64,000 nucleotides of DNA from Fibrobacteria bacterium (GTDB lineage Bacteria; Fibrobacterota; Fibrobacteria; UBA11236), in the NCBI GenBank assembly GCA_043745805.1, contig JAYTSD010000032.1, positions 32,001-96,000 on the forward strand, given 5' to 3'. The translations under genes were made by a program, and so were the position numbers. Positions 37,701 through 46,640 of this stretch are shown one piece after another (position 1 is the stretch's first letter; every line of letters begins with the position of its first letter). The notes beneath the pieces were generated by a model that saw only the letters and a list, made by a program, of their open reading frames with translations, had not been told where the DNA came from and did no database searches.

Positions 37701-37868
37701 GCTTTTACAGCTTTAGTTTCTTTGCGTGCCGATGTACAGGCTTTATTCGAAGGCGCTATGATCAATGATCCTGCTGAGGCTGTACGTTTAAATCGGCAAT
37801 TATTATTACAAGAAGTGCGTGGCTTGGTCATGCGCATGGCTGATTTTTCTGCCATTACCATAGGATAA
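34788..37868 (+). CDS. glyQS: Glycine--tRNA ligase, fused alpha and beta subunits
   Basis: Alpha motifs [48 protein letters not shown]. After a linker, beta motifs [40 protein letters not shown] follow in the same frame. Confidence 0.96.
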   Translation: MHFQNLVLSLQKFWSEQGCLLAQSYDLEKGAATFNPSTFLRSLGPEPFNAAFIEPCRRPKDGRYGENPNRMQHYYQFQVVMKPNPANILELYLSSLKAIGINPLEHDIRFVHDDWESPTLGAWGLGWEVWLDGMEITQFTYFQQVGGIDLSPVTGEITYGLERICMYLQKKNNVFQLSYNDQFTYGDIFHLNEVQYSQHNFEFADTDLHFDLFNKYEAECKRLMALGVVLPAYDYCIKASHAFNLLDARGAISVNERQGYILRVRALAKLAAEAWIKTRESMGYPLMARSKPLVAPLGASIEGFKPLTANVTAERAPLLIELGVEEMPARVFGPLHRELPALVQKHFADSQLDLQDIKIFASPRRITISVSSLRLSQPDLALDLKGPPAQIAKNEAGWTKAALAFAQKNQIDLATLEIRKHEGGEYVFAKVERKGRSAVDLLAEIIPKILGEIHWYKTMRWGEAKEMAFVRPVQWLVGILGNDILPLQFAGLKAGAVSFGHRFLHAGPVAVSSDREKYLKALRNAKVIVDQEERKSIIRASCKKTAEEKNWLWKEDEELLEQVAYLVEFPVPVLGSFEKNLLAIPAEVLISEMREHQKYFAVTDMQGDLVNAFITLSNMVCEDYALIREGNEKVIRARFADAEFFLKEDKQRTLQSRLIDLDKITFLADLGSKGSIGEKVKRVQVLAEFIGEKLGLDAEALGRIKQIAILCKCDLTTQMVGEFPELQGIVGRYYALAEGLDTSVANGIRDHYLPRNANDTYPENDEGAIVGIADRIDTLMSMFSKGKVPTGSADPYALRRACWSCVAIMLHRKFDLNILDILKYALVEVYREEFQFQQFSIEKKGNLELFHDLQEFFFARTKFLLQEIPRADLPGGFAKDIVEAAAQSTLGWHDLLDFVARTKALQEFRQHPDFMAIAETFKRVNNILKGEVMGVLNPETFQLDVEKNLYKTLAQIKLEMDKFLEKKDYLHAFTALVSLRADVQALFEGAMINDPAEAVRLNRQLLLQEVRGLVMRMADFSAITIG

Positions 37869-37885
37869 AAATCCGAGCATAAAAA

Positions 37886-37916
37886 AGGAGAGGCGTAATA
37901 TTTATATACCTCTCCT
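37886..37916. terminator. Probable terminator between convergent glyQS and cpoB
   Basis: AGGAGAGG-N15-CCTCTCCT preceded by an A-run. Confidence 0.55.
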
Positions 37917-37940
37917 GTAATTTGTTTCAGTTATAAAAGC

Positions 37941-38744
37941 TTATTCTTTAATAAGTTCCTGAGCTCTTTGCGCTTCATTACTGGTAGGGCACTCCGCGAT
38001 TAAAGCTTTCCATTCTTCATTACGTTTGGCTTTATCCTTTTTCTGATCATAAATCAATCCTATTTTAAAACGTGCCGAGCAAACTTTGTTTCCCTTGGGA
38101 AACTCTTTAATGACACGCTGATACATTTCTGAAGCTTTATCTAGCTTATCGCTCTTTAAATAACATTCACCCATCCAGTAAAGCGTATTGTCCTTATAGC
38201 TTCCGCCTGCGTCTTTATCGAATACGGTTTTAAAACCTTGAAAGGCTAATTCGTATTTTCCTCTTACATAATCTTCGCGAGCTTGATTATAAACATTTTC
38301 TAAATCAAGGCCTTCCACGACTTTCACCGGAGCTTCGGATGCTGCGGTAGTATTGAGATTGGCAGTGTTAGCGGAAGTGTTTCCAGGTATTGGTGTAGCA
38401 GAGTTAGCAACCCCACTTACAATTATTTTTCGTTGATCCAGTTTATCGATTTTAGTGCTGAGTTGCGTTAAGCGATATTGGGTTTCATCGATTTGTGCTT
38501 GCAAGCGGGTGATTTGACCAGCTAATTCACCCAAGGTACTGGTTAAATCAGCTTTCATTTTACTAGTTAATCCACCTTGATTGATATTCAAATCATCAAT
38601 GGATTTTTGTAATTCCGCAACTTGTCCATGTACGCCCTTCACTTCTTGTGAAACCGTACGTAATTCTTCTGTTCGGAGTAGGGTGATTTTTGAACACCCA
38701 ACCCAAAACAAAAGGGAGCTAACTAAAAGTAGGCGATCAAGCAT
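37941..38744 (-). CDS. cpoB: Tol-Pal associated CpoB/YbgF (coiled coil + TPR)
   Basis: Directly after pal; coiled coil; YNQA...GKYELA; YWMGECY; EFPKGNK. Start at 38744 gives a lipobox-like FWVGC. Confidence 0.85.
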   Translation of the reverse strand: MLDRLLLVSSLLFWVGCSKITLLRTEELRTVSQEVKGVHGQVAELQKSIDDLNINQGGLTSKMKADLTSTLGELAGQITRLQAQIDETQYRLTQLSTKIDKLDQRKIIVSGVANSATPIPGNTSANTANLNTTAASEAPVKVVEGLDLENVYNQAREDYVRGKYELAFQGFKTVFDKDAGGSYKDNTLYWMGECYLKSDKLDKASEMYQRVIKEFPKGNKVCSARFKIGLIYDQKKDKAKRNEEWKALIAECPTSNEAQRAQELIKE

Positions 38745-38745
38745 T

Positions 38746-39288
38746 CTAGAAAGTAGTGGTAAATTCCGCTCTTCTATTTTTGCCCCATGCTGCATCATCA
38801 TGTGCATCGGAAGCAGGCTTTTCTTCACCATAACTAATGGTGCTTAGACGAGTGGCTTCCACTCCATAGCTGCTTAAATAGTCTTGTACGGCTTTAGCGC
38901 GACGTTCACCCAAAGCTAAATTGTATTCATTAGTTCCGCGTTCATCGGCATGACCTTCAACACGAGAAGTGATTTCTTTAACTTCCTTCATCAATTGACC
39001 AATGGCTTCCAAAGTCTTTTTGGACTCGGGGCTTAATGCACTTTGATCATAATTGAAATAAATTGGCTTGAAGGTTTCGGCAATGCGTGCTTGAATGCGT
39101 TGACGACGCAATTCTTCTTCACTCGGTCCGGAAGGTGTAGGAGTTGAAGTTGGCTCTTTGGTTGCTTCCATTTTTGGGGGTTCAGGTTCCTTGTCAGCTA
39201 TTGGAGCAGGCTTCTTAGAGCAACCAATAACGAGGATTAAGATAGCCCCAAGTAAGGACAAATATTTGAGTCTGGAAGTGTATTGCAT
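38746..39288 (-). CDS. pal: Peptidoglycan-associated lipoprotein
   Basis: Lipobox LVIGC; IYFNYD; EGHADERGTNEYNLALGERRA; ISYGEEKP; NRRAE; SD CAGGAG before ATG 39288. Confidence 0.96.
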   Translation of the reverse strand: MQYTSRLKYLSLLGAILILVIGCSKKPAPIADKEPEPPKMEATKEPTSTPTPSGPSEEELRRQRIQARIAETFKPIYFNYDQSALSPESKKTLEAIGQLMKEVKEITSRVEGHADERGTNEYNLALGERRAKAVQDYLSSYGVEATRLSTISYGEEKPASDAHDDAAWGKNRRAEFTTTF

Positions 39289-39399
39289 AATTTTCTCCTG
39301 AATGAGCGAATTCAATAAATGTTCGAAGCAAAAGTTAAATATTTCACTCTTTAATGGGGGATAATAACCAAAAAAAACTACTCCAAACGGTTCTTTTTC

Positions 39400-40686
39400 T
39401 TAAAAATCAGACCATACCGGCATAGAGTTCCCACCCGAAAAACTTAAGCGCTTTGTTTGTGACCCATCTGTGGACATCAGGTATAACTCTGGATTACCCG
39501 TGCGTGTAGACATAAAGACAATATGGCGTGCATCAGGACTCCAAGATGGGCTTTCATTACTCCCTGTGCCAGAAGTGAGCTTCACCATGTCTTTGCCATC
39601 AGGAGTGATGGTGGCGATATTCATATTATTGCCATCATCCATAATGGAAAATACGATGCGATCTCCTTTGGGAGACCAAGCCGGAGAGCCAAAATAACTG
39701 CCTTCATAAGTAATGCGGCGCACATTAGATCCATCTCTATCCATAATGTATAACATCGGCTGCCCGCTTCTGTCCGAGATAAAAACAATTTCATAACCAT
39801 TAGGCGACCAGCTGGGCGAAGTATCAATGGAGCCGGAAAATGTGAGCCGCGTGGGCTTGCCATCGGGTAACGTTTTGCGATAAATTTCGGAGTTACCGTC
39901 CACGGTGGAAGCATAAACAATTTCTTTGTCTATTTTATTGTAATTCGCAGCGGTATTCATGCCTTTGCTATAAAGAAAAAGTCCATTTTTCCCACTGTTT
40001 AAATCTTTCAAATGAAATTGCGGAAAGCCATCGGCATAGGTGGTATAAAGAATTTTGTTTTTCCCCTCTATCCAACAGGGTGTGAGATTGATGCTTTTGT
40101 TTTTTGTGATTTCAATCACATTTTCGCCATCATAATCCATCAGGTAGATTTCTTTGTTCCCCTGGCGCTTGGAAACGTAGGCGATTTTGCTTTGGGCAAT
40201 GCCTTTTTCCCCAAAAAGCTGATAAACCAATTCATCAGCATATTGATGTGCAATTCGGCGCAAATCATTTTTTTTACCGGAGTATTTTTTGCCAATAATT
40301 AATTCACCACTATTTACATCCATAAGTTCAAGCTGTGCCGTAAAATTGTCCCCCTCTAAGCTGTATTCTCCGCGAACATAAGCTGTAGCTTGATTTTGCA
40401 AAAAACTTTTTTTGCTACTACTATCAAATTGCGGTGCTGGAAAAACTTTAAAGCGTCGGCTAAAATTTAAATCATCGGATAATACAGTACCTGGATTGCT
40501 GGCCGATTTGGTATCCCCTTTTTTGCAATGGATTTCGGTAAAGCCAATAGCTATGGCCTCATCACTTTTTTGTTCCAAGGTGATTAAAACATCTTCGGCC
40601 ATCGACAAAGGCGATAGAACAAATAATGTTACTGTTACACAAAGAATACTTAGATGCCTTAAAACGACAAAATGCAAAAGGCGCAC
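39400..40686 (-). CDS. tolB: TolB protein
   Basis: DDLNFS, AHQYADE, KIAYVS, MDYDG, repeated PSWSP.G PD40 blades. GTG at 40686 gives a signal peptide without overlapping tolA, but the start is uncertain. Confidence 0.93.
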   Translation of the reverse strand: MRLLHFVVLRHLSILCVTVTLFVLSPLSMAEDVLITLEQKSDEAIAIGFTEIHCKKGDTKSASNPGTVLSDDLNFSRRFKVFPAPQFDSSSKKSFLQNQATAYVRGEYSLEGDNFTAQLELMDVNSGELIIGKKYSGKKNDLRRIAHQYADELVYQLFGEKGIAQSKIAYVSKRQGNKEIYLMDYDGENVIEITKNKSINLTPCWIEGKNKILYTTYADGFPQFHLKDLNSGKNGLFLYSKGMNTAANYNKIDKEIVYASTVDGNSEIYRKTLPDGKPTRLTFSGSIDTSPSWSPNGYEIVFISDRSGQPMLYIMDRDGSNVRRITYEGSYFGSPAWSPKGDRIVFSIMDDGNNMNIATITPDGKDMVKLTSGTGSNESPSWSPDARHIVFMSTRTGNPELYLMSTDGSQTKRLSFSGGNSMPVWSDF

Positions 40687-40696
40687 ATAGTATGAA

Positions 40697-41392
40697 CTAC
40701 TGCGCTTGATAAGGGAATTCAATACCAACATCGATTTGATCCTCAGGATAATTGGGGGGAATAGGCGGTACATGATCTAAACGGATAACCGTATTTAAAG
40801 CATTTTCATCTAATAAGCTATTGTTAGAGCTTGCGGCAATTTTTGCATTCTCAACTAAACCATCACGCTGTACGGTGAAGCTTACTTTCACTTTGGTGGC
40901 GGCAGGAACTTCTAATCCTGCAGGAGGATTCCATAATAAATCTGCTTTTTTTTTCACCCGATTAATCCATTGCGATAGACGCGGATCTGTGCTTGTGCTC
41001 ACGGTTAATTGTTGCGGCATGTCGGGTTGTGCTTCGGCTGTGTTTTTCACCTTCAAAGTGGAATCTACATCACGTTTAACAACCTTGGGATCAGGTTTTT
41101 TTGAATCGGGTTTAGTGGGAGCCGGCGTTAGCTTGGGAGCTTCTTCTGGGCGTGTTGGCTCGGGCTCTGGAGCGGGGAGTTCCGGCGTTTTAACCTTAGG
41201 TTGTAAAGGCCGGATGCGAGGAGCTTCTAATTGCACTAATTCAATGAGAGGCACTTCGGAAGAGTGATGATTGGATAAGGTCGCCGCTAAAATGAAAAAA
41301 GCAAATATTGCGGCATGGGCCACAAAAGAAAAGCCCATCGCTAAGCGCATTTTCGAATGGTCTTCGGCAGGAGCTGAAATAGTATTGGCCAT
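40697..41392 (-). CDS. tolA: TolA/TonB family energy transducer
   Basis: TM with SxxxH (SFVAH), Pro/Glu/Lys-rich spacer, TonB_C-like domain (WNPP, FTVQRDG, SNNSLLD); tol cluster context. Confidence 0.82.
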   Translation of the reverse strand: MANTISAPAEDHSKMRLAMGFSFVAHAAIFAFFILAATLSNHHSSEVPLIELVQLEAPRIRPLQPKVKTPELPAPEPEPTRPEEAPKLTPAPTKPDSKKPDPKVVKRDVDSTLKVKNTAEAQPDMPQQLTVSTSTDPRLSQWINRVKKKADLLWNPPAGLEVPAATKVKVSFTVQRDGLVENAKIAASSNNSLLDENALNTVIRLDHVPPIPPNYPEDQIDVGIEFPYQAQ

Positions 41393-41393
41393 A

Positions 41394-41816
41394 CTAGCGG
41401 CGATGCGGCCTTTGCAATACAGGAGTGGGGTCGGTTAAAAAACCTAGTCGTTTGCCGCCTTGCCTTTGAATGGAGGCCACTAGCTCCATGACAAAGCCAT
41501 AAGGGACGCTTTGATCGCTGTTAACAATAATGGCGGTTTCTTCATCGCCGGTCCATACCCTACGAAAATCTTTTTCAAAACTACGCGCATCCGAAGGTGC
41601 ATCATTAATAAGGATTTCACGCTCTCTGGTTACCGTAACCTGTATCGCTTTTTTTTCTTCTAATGAGGAGGCCTTGGCTTTAGGTAAATCCACTTTAATG
41701 CCTTGGCTCATGAGGGGAGCGGTAATCATAAATACCACCAAAATAGCGAAAATAATATCGATCAGATTGGTGAGATTAATCTCTGGGGATAAGCGTAAGG
41801 ATTCTCGTTTGCGCAC
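41394..41816 (-). CDS. tolR: TolR/ExbD family protein
   Basis: EINLTNLIDIIFAILVVFMITAP, VDLPKA, DQSVPYG. Confidence 0.9.
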   Translation of the reverse strand: MRKRESLRLSPEINLTNLIDIIFAILVVFMITAPLMSQGIKVDLPKAKASSLEEKKAIQVTVTREREILINDAPSDARSFEKDFRRVWTGDEETAIIVNSDQSVPYGFVMELVASIQRQGGKRLGFLTDPTPVLQRPHRR

Positions 41817-41826
41817 AGAGCCTCGC

Positions 41827-42546
41827 TTATTTCGCGTTCTTTTCTAAAACACCCAAATCGACTCGCTTGAACATACTCACTAATTCGGATCCAAACGAAA
41901 ACATGGAGGATTCCGCATTGCGATTAAAAGAAACAAAAAAGTTGTAGCCAATAGATCCTGGAATTGCCACGAATAAACCACCGAGAGTCGCGACGAGAGC
42001 TTCCGCAATACCAGGCGCAACCACAGTGATATTCGCCGATCCTTGTTGGCCTATTTCATAAAAGGCATTGATAATACCCCAAACTGTTCCGAGCAAACCT
42101 AATAGCGGGCCGGTTGCCGAACAAAAGGCTAAATAGGTTAAAAACTTATCATTGATTTCTTTTTCGGCATCCAAATTTCTCTCTACGGCATCCAAAACCA
42201 ATTGGGCGCGATGTGGGAGCGAATCGTAGGAAACATAAGGCGATAAGCTTTCCATTTCCTTAAGCCCTGCTTGTGCGATGCGACCAAAAGGGGATTCAGG
42301 CATGGCCTTGGTTAGTTTTGCAATTTCTTGTAAAGTAGGCTGAGAACCTAGAGACGATTTCCATTTTTTAAAAAACGCTTTCTTTTTTTTATTCTCATTC
42401 CATTTTTTAAAAAGTATAGCCCAAATGCCTACTGATAATAAGGCCATAACAAAAAGTGTTGCCAAGCTAGTTGGCCCACTTTTGCCAAGAATGTGCAGAA
42501 GAGGAATATTTCCGAACATAGAGATCCGTTCTGGTTTAAAGTCCAA
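41827..42546 (-). CDS. tolQ: TolQ/ExbB/MotA family proton channel
   Basis: GPLLGLLGTVWGII, VVAPGIAEALVAT, GLFVAIP. The start may be ATG 42519. Confidence 0.92.
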   Translation of the reverse strand: MDFKPERISMFGNIPLLHILGKSGPTSLATLFVMALLSVGIWAILFKKWNENKKKKAFFKKWKSSLGSQPTLQEIAKLTKAMPESPFGRIAQAGLKEMESLSPYVSYDSLPHRAQLVLDAVERNLDAEKEINDKFLTYLAFCSATGPLLGLLGTVWGIINAFYEIGQQGSANITVVAPGIAEALVATLGGLFVAIPGSIGYNFFVSFNRNAESSMFSFGSELVSMFKRVDLGVLEKNAK

Positions 42547-42639
42547 TCAGAGTATTTCAATTTAAAAAGATTTGGGAAGAAAAGTGTCGTTTAGATACGA
42601 TAGGTCAATTTTTGGGCTTGCTAAATTTATTAGAGCAGT

Positions 42640-43995
42640 TTATCCAAGGGCAAGTAATAGTCGATCGACGCGGGCTTTAAATGCAATTTCCTTTTCCATG
42701 GTCTGTTCCACTTTTTTAATACTGTGAATCACCGTGGAATAATCTCGTCCAAAGGCCAAACCAATAGTATGCAGGGAATTATCGGTGAGCTGACGCGCTA
42801 TATACATAGCGACTTGTCGCGGTTCGGCGACATGCTTTTTACGGGTTTGGGAAGTTAATAAAGGAACCGTGGTTTCGAATTCATGTGAAACCTGCTCCAA
42901 CACCTTTTTAATGGTAATGGGTTGGTTTACATTGCGAATGGTGTCTCCCAAAATTTGCTTGGCAATGGTAACGGTTATCGGCATATGCGTGAAATGAGAA
43001 TACGCGGATAGCTTGATTAAGGTACCTTCGAGTTCACGTACATTGGAAGTTACATGACTAGCTACATAAGATAGGACATCATCATTGACGCAAGAATCGA
43101 GTTGGCCATCGCTTTTCTTTTGTAAAATAGCGAGACGGGTTTCGAGATTAGGCGGTTGTAAATCAGCCAATAATCCATTATCAAAGCGAGACAAAAGGCG
43201 CGTGTGCAGGCCTTTAATTTCGGCAGGCGGCCTATCGGAAGTGATAACGATTTGACGATTAATGCTTTGTAAAACATTAAAAATATTGAAAAATTCATCT
43301 TGGGTACTTTGCTTGCCCGCGAGAAATTGAATATCATCGATTAATAAAATATCAGCATCTTTGTAAACCTGATAAAAAGCGCGTGAGTCTTTGTTTTTTT
43401 GAACGAACTCAATGTACTCGCGGGTGAATTCTTCGGAAGTACGGTAAACAATTTTACGTGCAGTTTCATTATCGAGGCAAAAGTGAGCAATGGCTTGTAA
43501 TAAATGTGTTTTGCCCATACCTGTTCCCCCATATAAAATGAGGGGGTTGAAATTAGTTTGACTAGGTGCTTCGGCAACAGCCATGCAAGCTGCATGGGCG
43601 AGTTGATTACAATCCCCGATTACAAAATTATCAAAGGTGTATTTTAAGTGTAAAGGTACTGTAACATCCAAGATAACCGAGTTGGAATGTTTGGTGGTTT
43701 CTACCGGTGTTGCTGGAGTATAAATTTCCAGTGTAGGCGCTGAAGTTGAAACTGAAAAAATCGCAGAAACCAATCGGCCTAAACGATTTTGCAATGCCGA
43801 TTCGATAATAGCTTTATAGTGATGCGCTACATATTCCAATACAAAGTGATTAGGAACACCTATGGTGGCTTCATTACCGCTAAAAGCCAATAGCTCTAGC
43901 GAGGGAAACCAAGTATGAAAAGCGGACTCAGAAACTTGCACGCTTAAATCATCAAGGCATTCAGACCAAAGGGAACTCTCGTTGCATTGAATCAA
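42640..43995 (-). CDS. dnaA: Chromosomal replication initiator protein
   Basis: YTFDNFVIG, FNPLILYGGTGMGKTHLL, LLIDDIQF, TSDRPP, NVRELEG, PRQVAMY, FGRDYSTVIHS. Confidence 0.96.
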   Translation of the reverse strand: MIQCNESSLWSECLDDLSVQVSESAFHTWFPSLELLAFSGNEATIGVPNHFVLEYVAHHYKAIIESALQNRLGRLVSAIFSVSTSAPTLEIYTPATPVETTKHSNSVILDVTVPLHLKYTFDNFVIGDCNQLAHAACMAVAEAPSQTNFNPLILYGGTGMGKTHLLQAIAHFCLDNETARKIVYRTSEEFTREYIEFVQKNKDSRAFYQVYKDADILLIDDIQFLAGKQSTQDEFFNIFNVLQSINRQIVITSDRPPAEIKGLHTRLLSRFDNGLLADLQPPNLETRLAILQKKSDGQLDSCVNDDVLSYVASHVTSNVRELEGTLIKLSAYSHFTHMPITVTIAKQILGDTIRNVNQPITIKKVLEQVSHEFETTVPLLTSQTRKKHVAEPRQVAMYIARQLTDNSLHTIGLAFGRDYSTVIHSIKKVEQTMEKEIAFKARVDRLLLALG

Positions 43996-44116
43996 AGTTC
44001 TGTCTCCATCCTATTTTGGAAGCGATAAGATAATTTTAATTGGGAGCTTGAGGGAAAATTTTGCAAGACTTAATCATATTTCGTAAAGAAAAAAAATCGT
44101 CATAAATTATCACCAC

Positions 44117-44136
44117 TTGTGAACAGCTATTCACAA
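44117..44136. promoter_or_regulatory. Inverted pair of DnaA-box-like sites upstream of dnaA
   Basis: TTGTGAACAG-CTATTCACAA. CTATTCACA is 1 mismatch and CTGTTCACA (minus strand) 2 mismatches from TTWTNCACA. Confidence 0.5.
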
Positions 44137-44216
44137 ATAAATTGCAACAAATATTTTTTTTTCTTGATCTTTAATTTGAAAGGATATAGAATGCCCAATT
44201 TACTTTAAGTTTAAGT

Positions 44217-44244
44217 TAAAGTTTTTCCTCAATTATCCCGATGT
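44217..44244 (+). promoter_or_regulatory. Putative sigma-28 (FliA/SigD-type) promoter
   Basis: TAAAGTTT...CCCGATGT (TAAA-N16-cCCGAT), about 30 bp upstream of the 44273 start. Confidence 0.45.
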
Positions 44245-44272
44245 TAATGTATACCCAAGGGAGAATTTCAAA

Positions 44273-45040
44273 ATGCTGGATATTAATACACTTTCTGCAG
44301 CAAAAAATTTAATCCCTGCCACCCCGAATAGCTCAACTTATCGATCCGAAAACTCTATCTCTGGCAAAAACCAAGAATCTGAAAAGTTATTGGAACAAAA
44401 TGCGCAGAAAATTTCTTCAACGGGATACAAATTAACCCTAGCTAATCAAAAACCTCTTAAAGCTAAAAACGAAGCTGAAAATGAAGCAGTAATTGAGAAC
44501 AAAACTAAAGATGCCACTGAATTTGAGAATCGCCAAACATGGGTTATTCAAGTTAAGGCACAAATTTTAGAACAACAAAAACAATTATTAATCGCAGGTT
44601 TGAATTTACAAGATTCAGAAACGGCGTCTTTATTTGCTTCATCCAAAGATGCGGATAAGCAAAATTCCGAAATAATAAAGGTTCCCGAGGCCTTGGTAAA
44701 TAATCAAGCCATACCTTTGGACTCAGTAGATTCAGGGTCAAATAGTAATTCTGCCGAATATTGGAATGCAGAAAATACTTCACAAAGAATTGTGAATTTT
44801 GCCACTAACTTTATTAGTTCGGTGGGTGGACAGGATAGTGCCTTCGCACAAACTTTAAGAGATGCCATTGCCGAGGGATTTCGACAAGCACAAGGGATAA
44901 CCGGTGCTCTGCCTGGGGCTGCGGGCAAATTATATGAGGACACCTTTACGGCCACCTTTAACAAGTTTGATAAATGGGTTGAAGAATTTAAGGCCAGCCC
45001 CTATACTCAAAAGACAGGCAATCCGTTAACTGCAAATTAG
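44273..45040 (+). CDS. Hypothetical protein, DUF5610-like C-terminal domain
   Basis: YWNAENTSQRIVNFA...RDAIAEGFRQA...LP...TF...FDKW pattern; SD AAGGGAG. Confidence 0.55.
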   Translation: MLDINTLSAAKNLIPATPNSSTYRSENSISGKNQESEKLLEQNAQKISSTGYKLTLANQKPLKAKNEAENEAVIENKTKDATEFENRQTWVIQVKAQILEQQKQLLIAGLNLQDSETASLFASSKDADKQNSEIIKVPEALVNNQAIPLDSVDSGSNSNSAEYWNAENTSQRIVNFATNFISSVGGQDSAFAQTLRDAIAEGFRQAQGITGALPGAAGKLYEDTFTATFNKFDKWVEEFKASPYTQKTGNPLTAN

Positions 45041-45055
45041 TGTGATGAGGCGAAT

Positions 45056-45493
45056 ATGGAAATTCGAATTAGTAATAGTAATCAAATAGCTCTTTTTATT
45101 GTGAAGGGCAAGATTACTTGGGAAAATTCTCGGGTTTTGGATACACAAATAAACAAAGTTATTGAAAATGCATGCACGCATATCGTTTTCAATTTAGATG
45201 ATGTCACTTTTTTATGTAGTGGTGGAATTGGCGCTTTGATTTACAATATGAAAAAAGTTCAGGACCAAGGTGGAGATATTTTTATTGTGTCGCAAAGCGA
45301 TTATATCCAATATCTATTTGCCACCATCGGATTCAATATTATTTTTAACGGCAAAATATTTCATACTTTTGAAGAGTTCTCGGAAACGGTTTTAGTTCCC
45401 AAAGGACTAAGTCTAAACATCTTGGATTCGCAAACAACCGTTGTGGCAACGGAAGAACATCGCTTTGCCACCAAAACTAAAAATGCCGCTTAA
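45056..45493 (+). CDS. STAS domain anti-sigma factor antagonist
   Basis: VKGKIT, IVFNLDDVTFLCSGGIGAL (phosphorylatable Ser motif). Confidence 0.85.
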   Translation: MEIRISNSNQIALFIVKGKITWENSRVLDTQINKVIENACTHIVFNLDDVTFLCSGGIGALIYNMKKVQDQGGDIFIVSQSDYIQYLFATIGFNIIFNGKIFHTFEEFSETVLVPKGLSLNILDSQTTVVATEEHRFATKTKNAA

Positions 45494-45563
45494 CTCGTTT
45501 TTGTAATAACAACAGATTGAGATTCCTTTTTTTACTTTTTTAGAAGTAAAAAAGGAGCTTTTA

Positions 45564-46640
45564 TTGTTCGATTCTTTTCCTCTTAAACTAAAACCTATTC
45601 TCCAAGAAAAAATTTGGGGCGGTGATGGACTGCATCGTTATTTAGGAAAAGGTCAAGCGACAGATAAAAGCATGGGTGAGTCTTGGGAGTTGTCGGATAG
45701 AGATGGCTTTGCAAGTATCATTGAAGCGGGTACTTATCAAGGAAGAAATTTATATGAACTGCTGCAAGAATTCCCCCAGGAAATTTTGGGGACTCCAAAA
45801 ATTTCGAGTACACATACCACTAATATAAAAGTAGTATTTCCTTTACTTTACAAATTCATTTATGCACGAGATGCCCTTTCAGTACAAGTTCATCCTGGTG
45901 AAAACAATCCCTTGGGCGAGGCCAAAACCGAGGCATGGTATATTGTACATGCTCCCGAAAATGCACAGCTAATTGTGGGATTGCAAGCCGGATTAAGTGC
46001 AGAAGCCACCCTGCAAATTTTGCAATCAAAGGATTGTGAAAAAGCTTTACAAAAAATAAAAGTACAAGCTGGAGATATGCTATTTATCCCTGCGGGTACC
46101 GTACATGCAATTACAGCGGGTTTATTGATTTATGAAGTGCAGCAAAATTCCGACACCACTTTTCGTTTATACGATTGGGGAAGAATGGATGATGCCGGTA
46201 AACCTCGTCAGCTTCATATTCAAGAATCGGCGGCGGTTATTGATTTTACTCCTCACAGAGAACATAAAATCAATCCTTTGAAAATAAAAAAAGTAAGCTA
46301 TAAAGTAGAATATTTAGTAGTCTGTAAATATTTTGCAATTATAAAATACTCGGGTTTAACAGAGATTATGCCTTTTTCAACAAAGAATAGATTTTGTGTA
46401 TTTACTTGCTTAATCGGAAGCTTTATTTTACAAAGCGCTGATAAAACCCTGAAAATGCATAGCGGTGATACATGGCTTATTCCCGCGGCCTGCGAGGATT
46501 TGACAGTTACCGCGCAAGACTTGGGCAGCCAATTTTTATGCAGTTATGTTCCTGATATCGCAGTAGATATTATTGCGCCCTTGCACGCAGCAGGTTTTGC
46601 TAAAGAGGTAATTAATCAATTGGGTATAAATTATGGCTAA
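45564..46640 (+). CDS. manA: Mannose-6-phosphate isomerase, type I
   Basis: KIWGG, GESWELS, FPLLYKFI, LSVQVHP, KTEAWYI, PAGTVHAI, EVQQNSDTTFRLYDWGR; TTG start. Confidence 0.9.
   Translation: MFDSFPLKLKPILQEKIWGGDGLHRYLGKGQATDKSMGESWELSDRDGFASIIEAGTYQGRNLYELLQEFPQEILGTPKISSTHTTNIKVVFPLLYKFIYARDALSVQVHPGENNPLGEAKTEAWYIVHAPENAQLIVGLQAGLSAEATLQILQSKDCEKALQKIKVQAGDMLFIPAGTVHAITAGLLIYEVQQNSDTTFRLYDWGRMDDAGKPRQLHIQESAAVIDFTPHREHKINPLKIKKVSYKVEYLVVCKYFAIIKYSGLTEIMPFSTKNRFCVFTCLIGSFILQSADKTLKMHSGDTWLIPAACEDLTVTAQDLGSQFLCSYVPDIAVDIIAPLHAAGFAKEVINQLGINYG

Noticed and set aside
38745-38831. ORF-track extension of cpoB
   Set aside because: Overlaps the pal coding end; Met 38744 gives a proper signal sequence.
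43996-44272. oriC call for the dnaA upstream region
   Set aside because: Only two degenerate boxes and no clear unwinding-element repeats; GC skew cannot be computed here.
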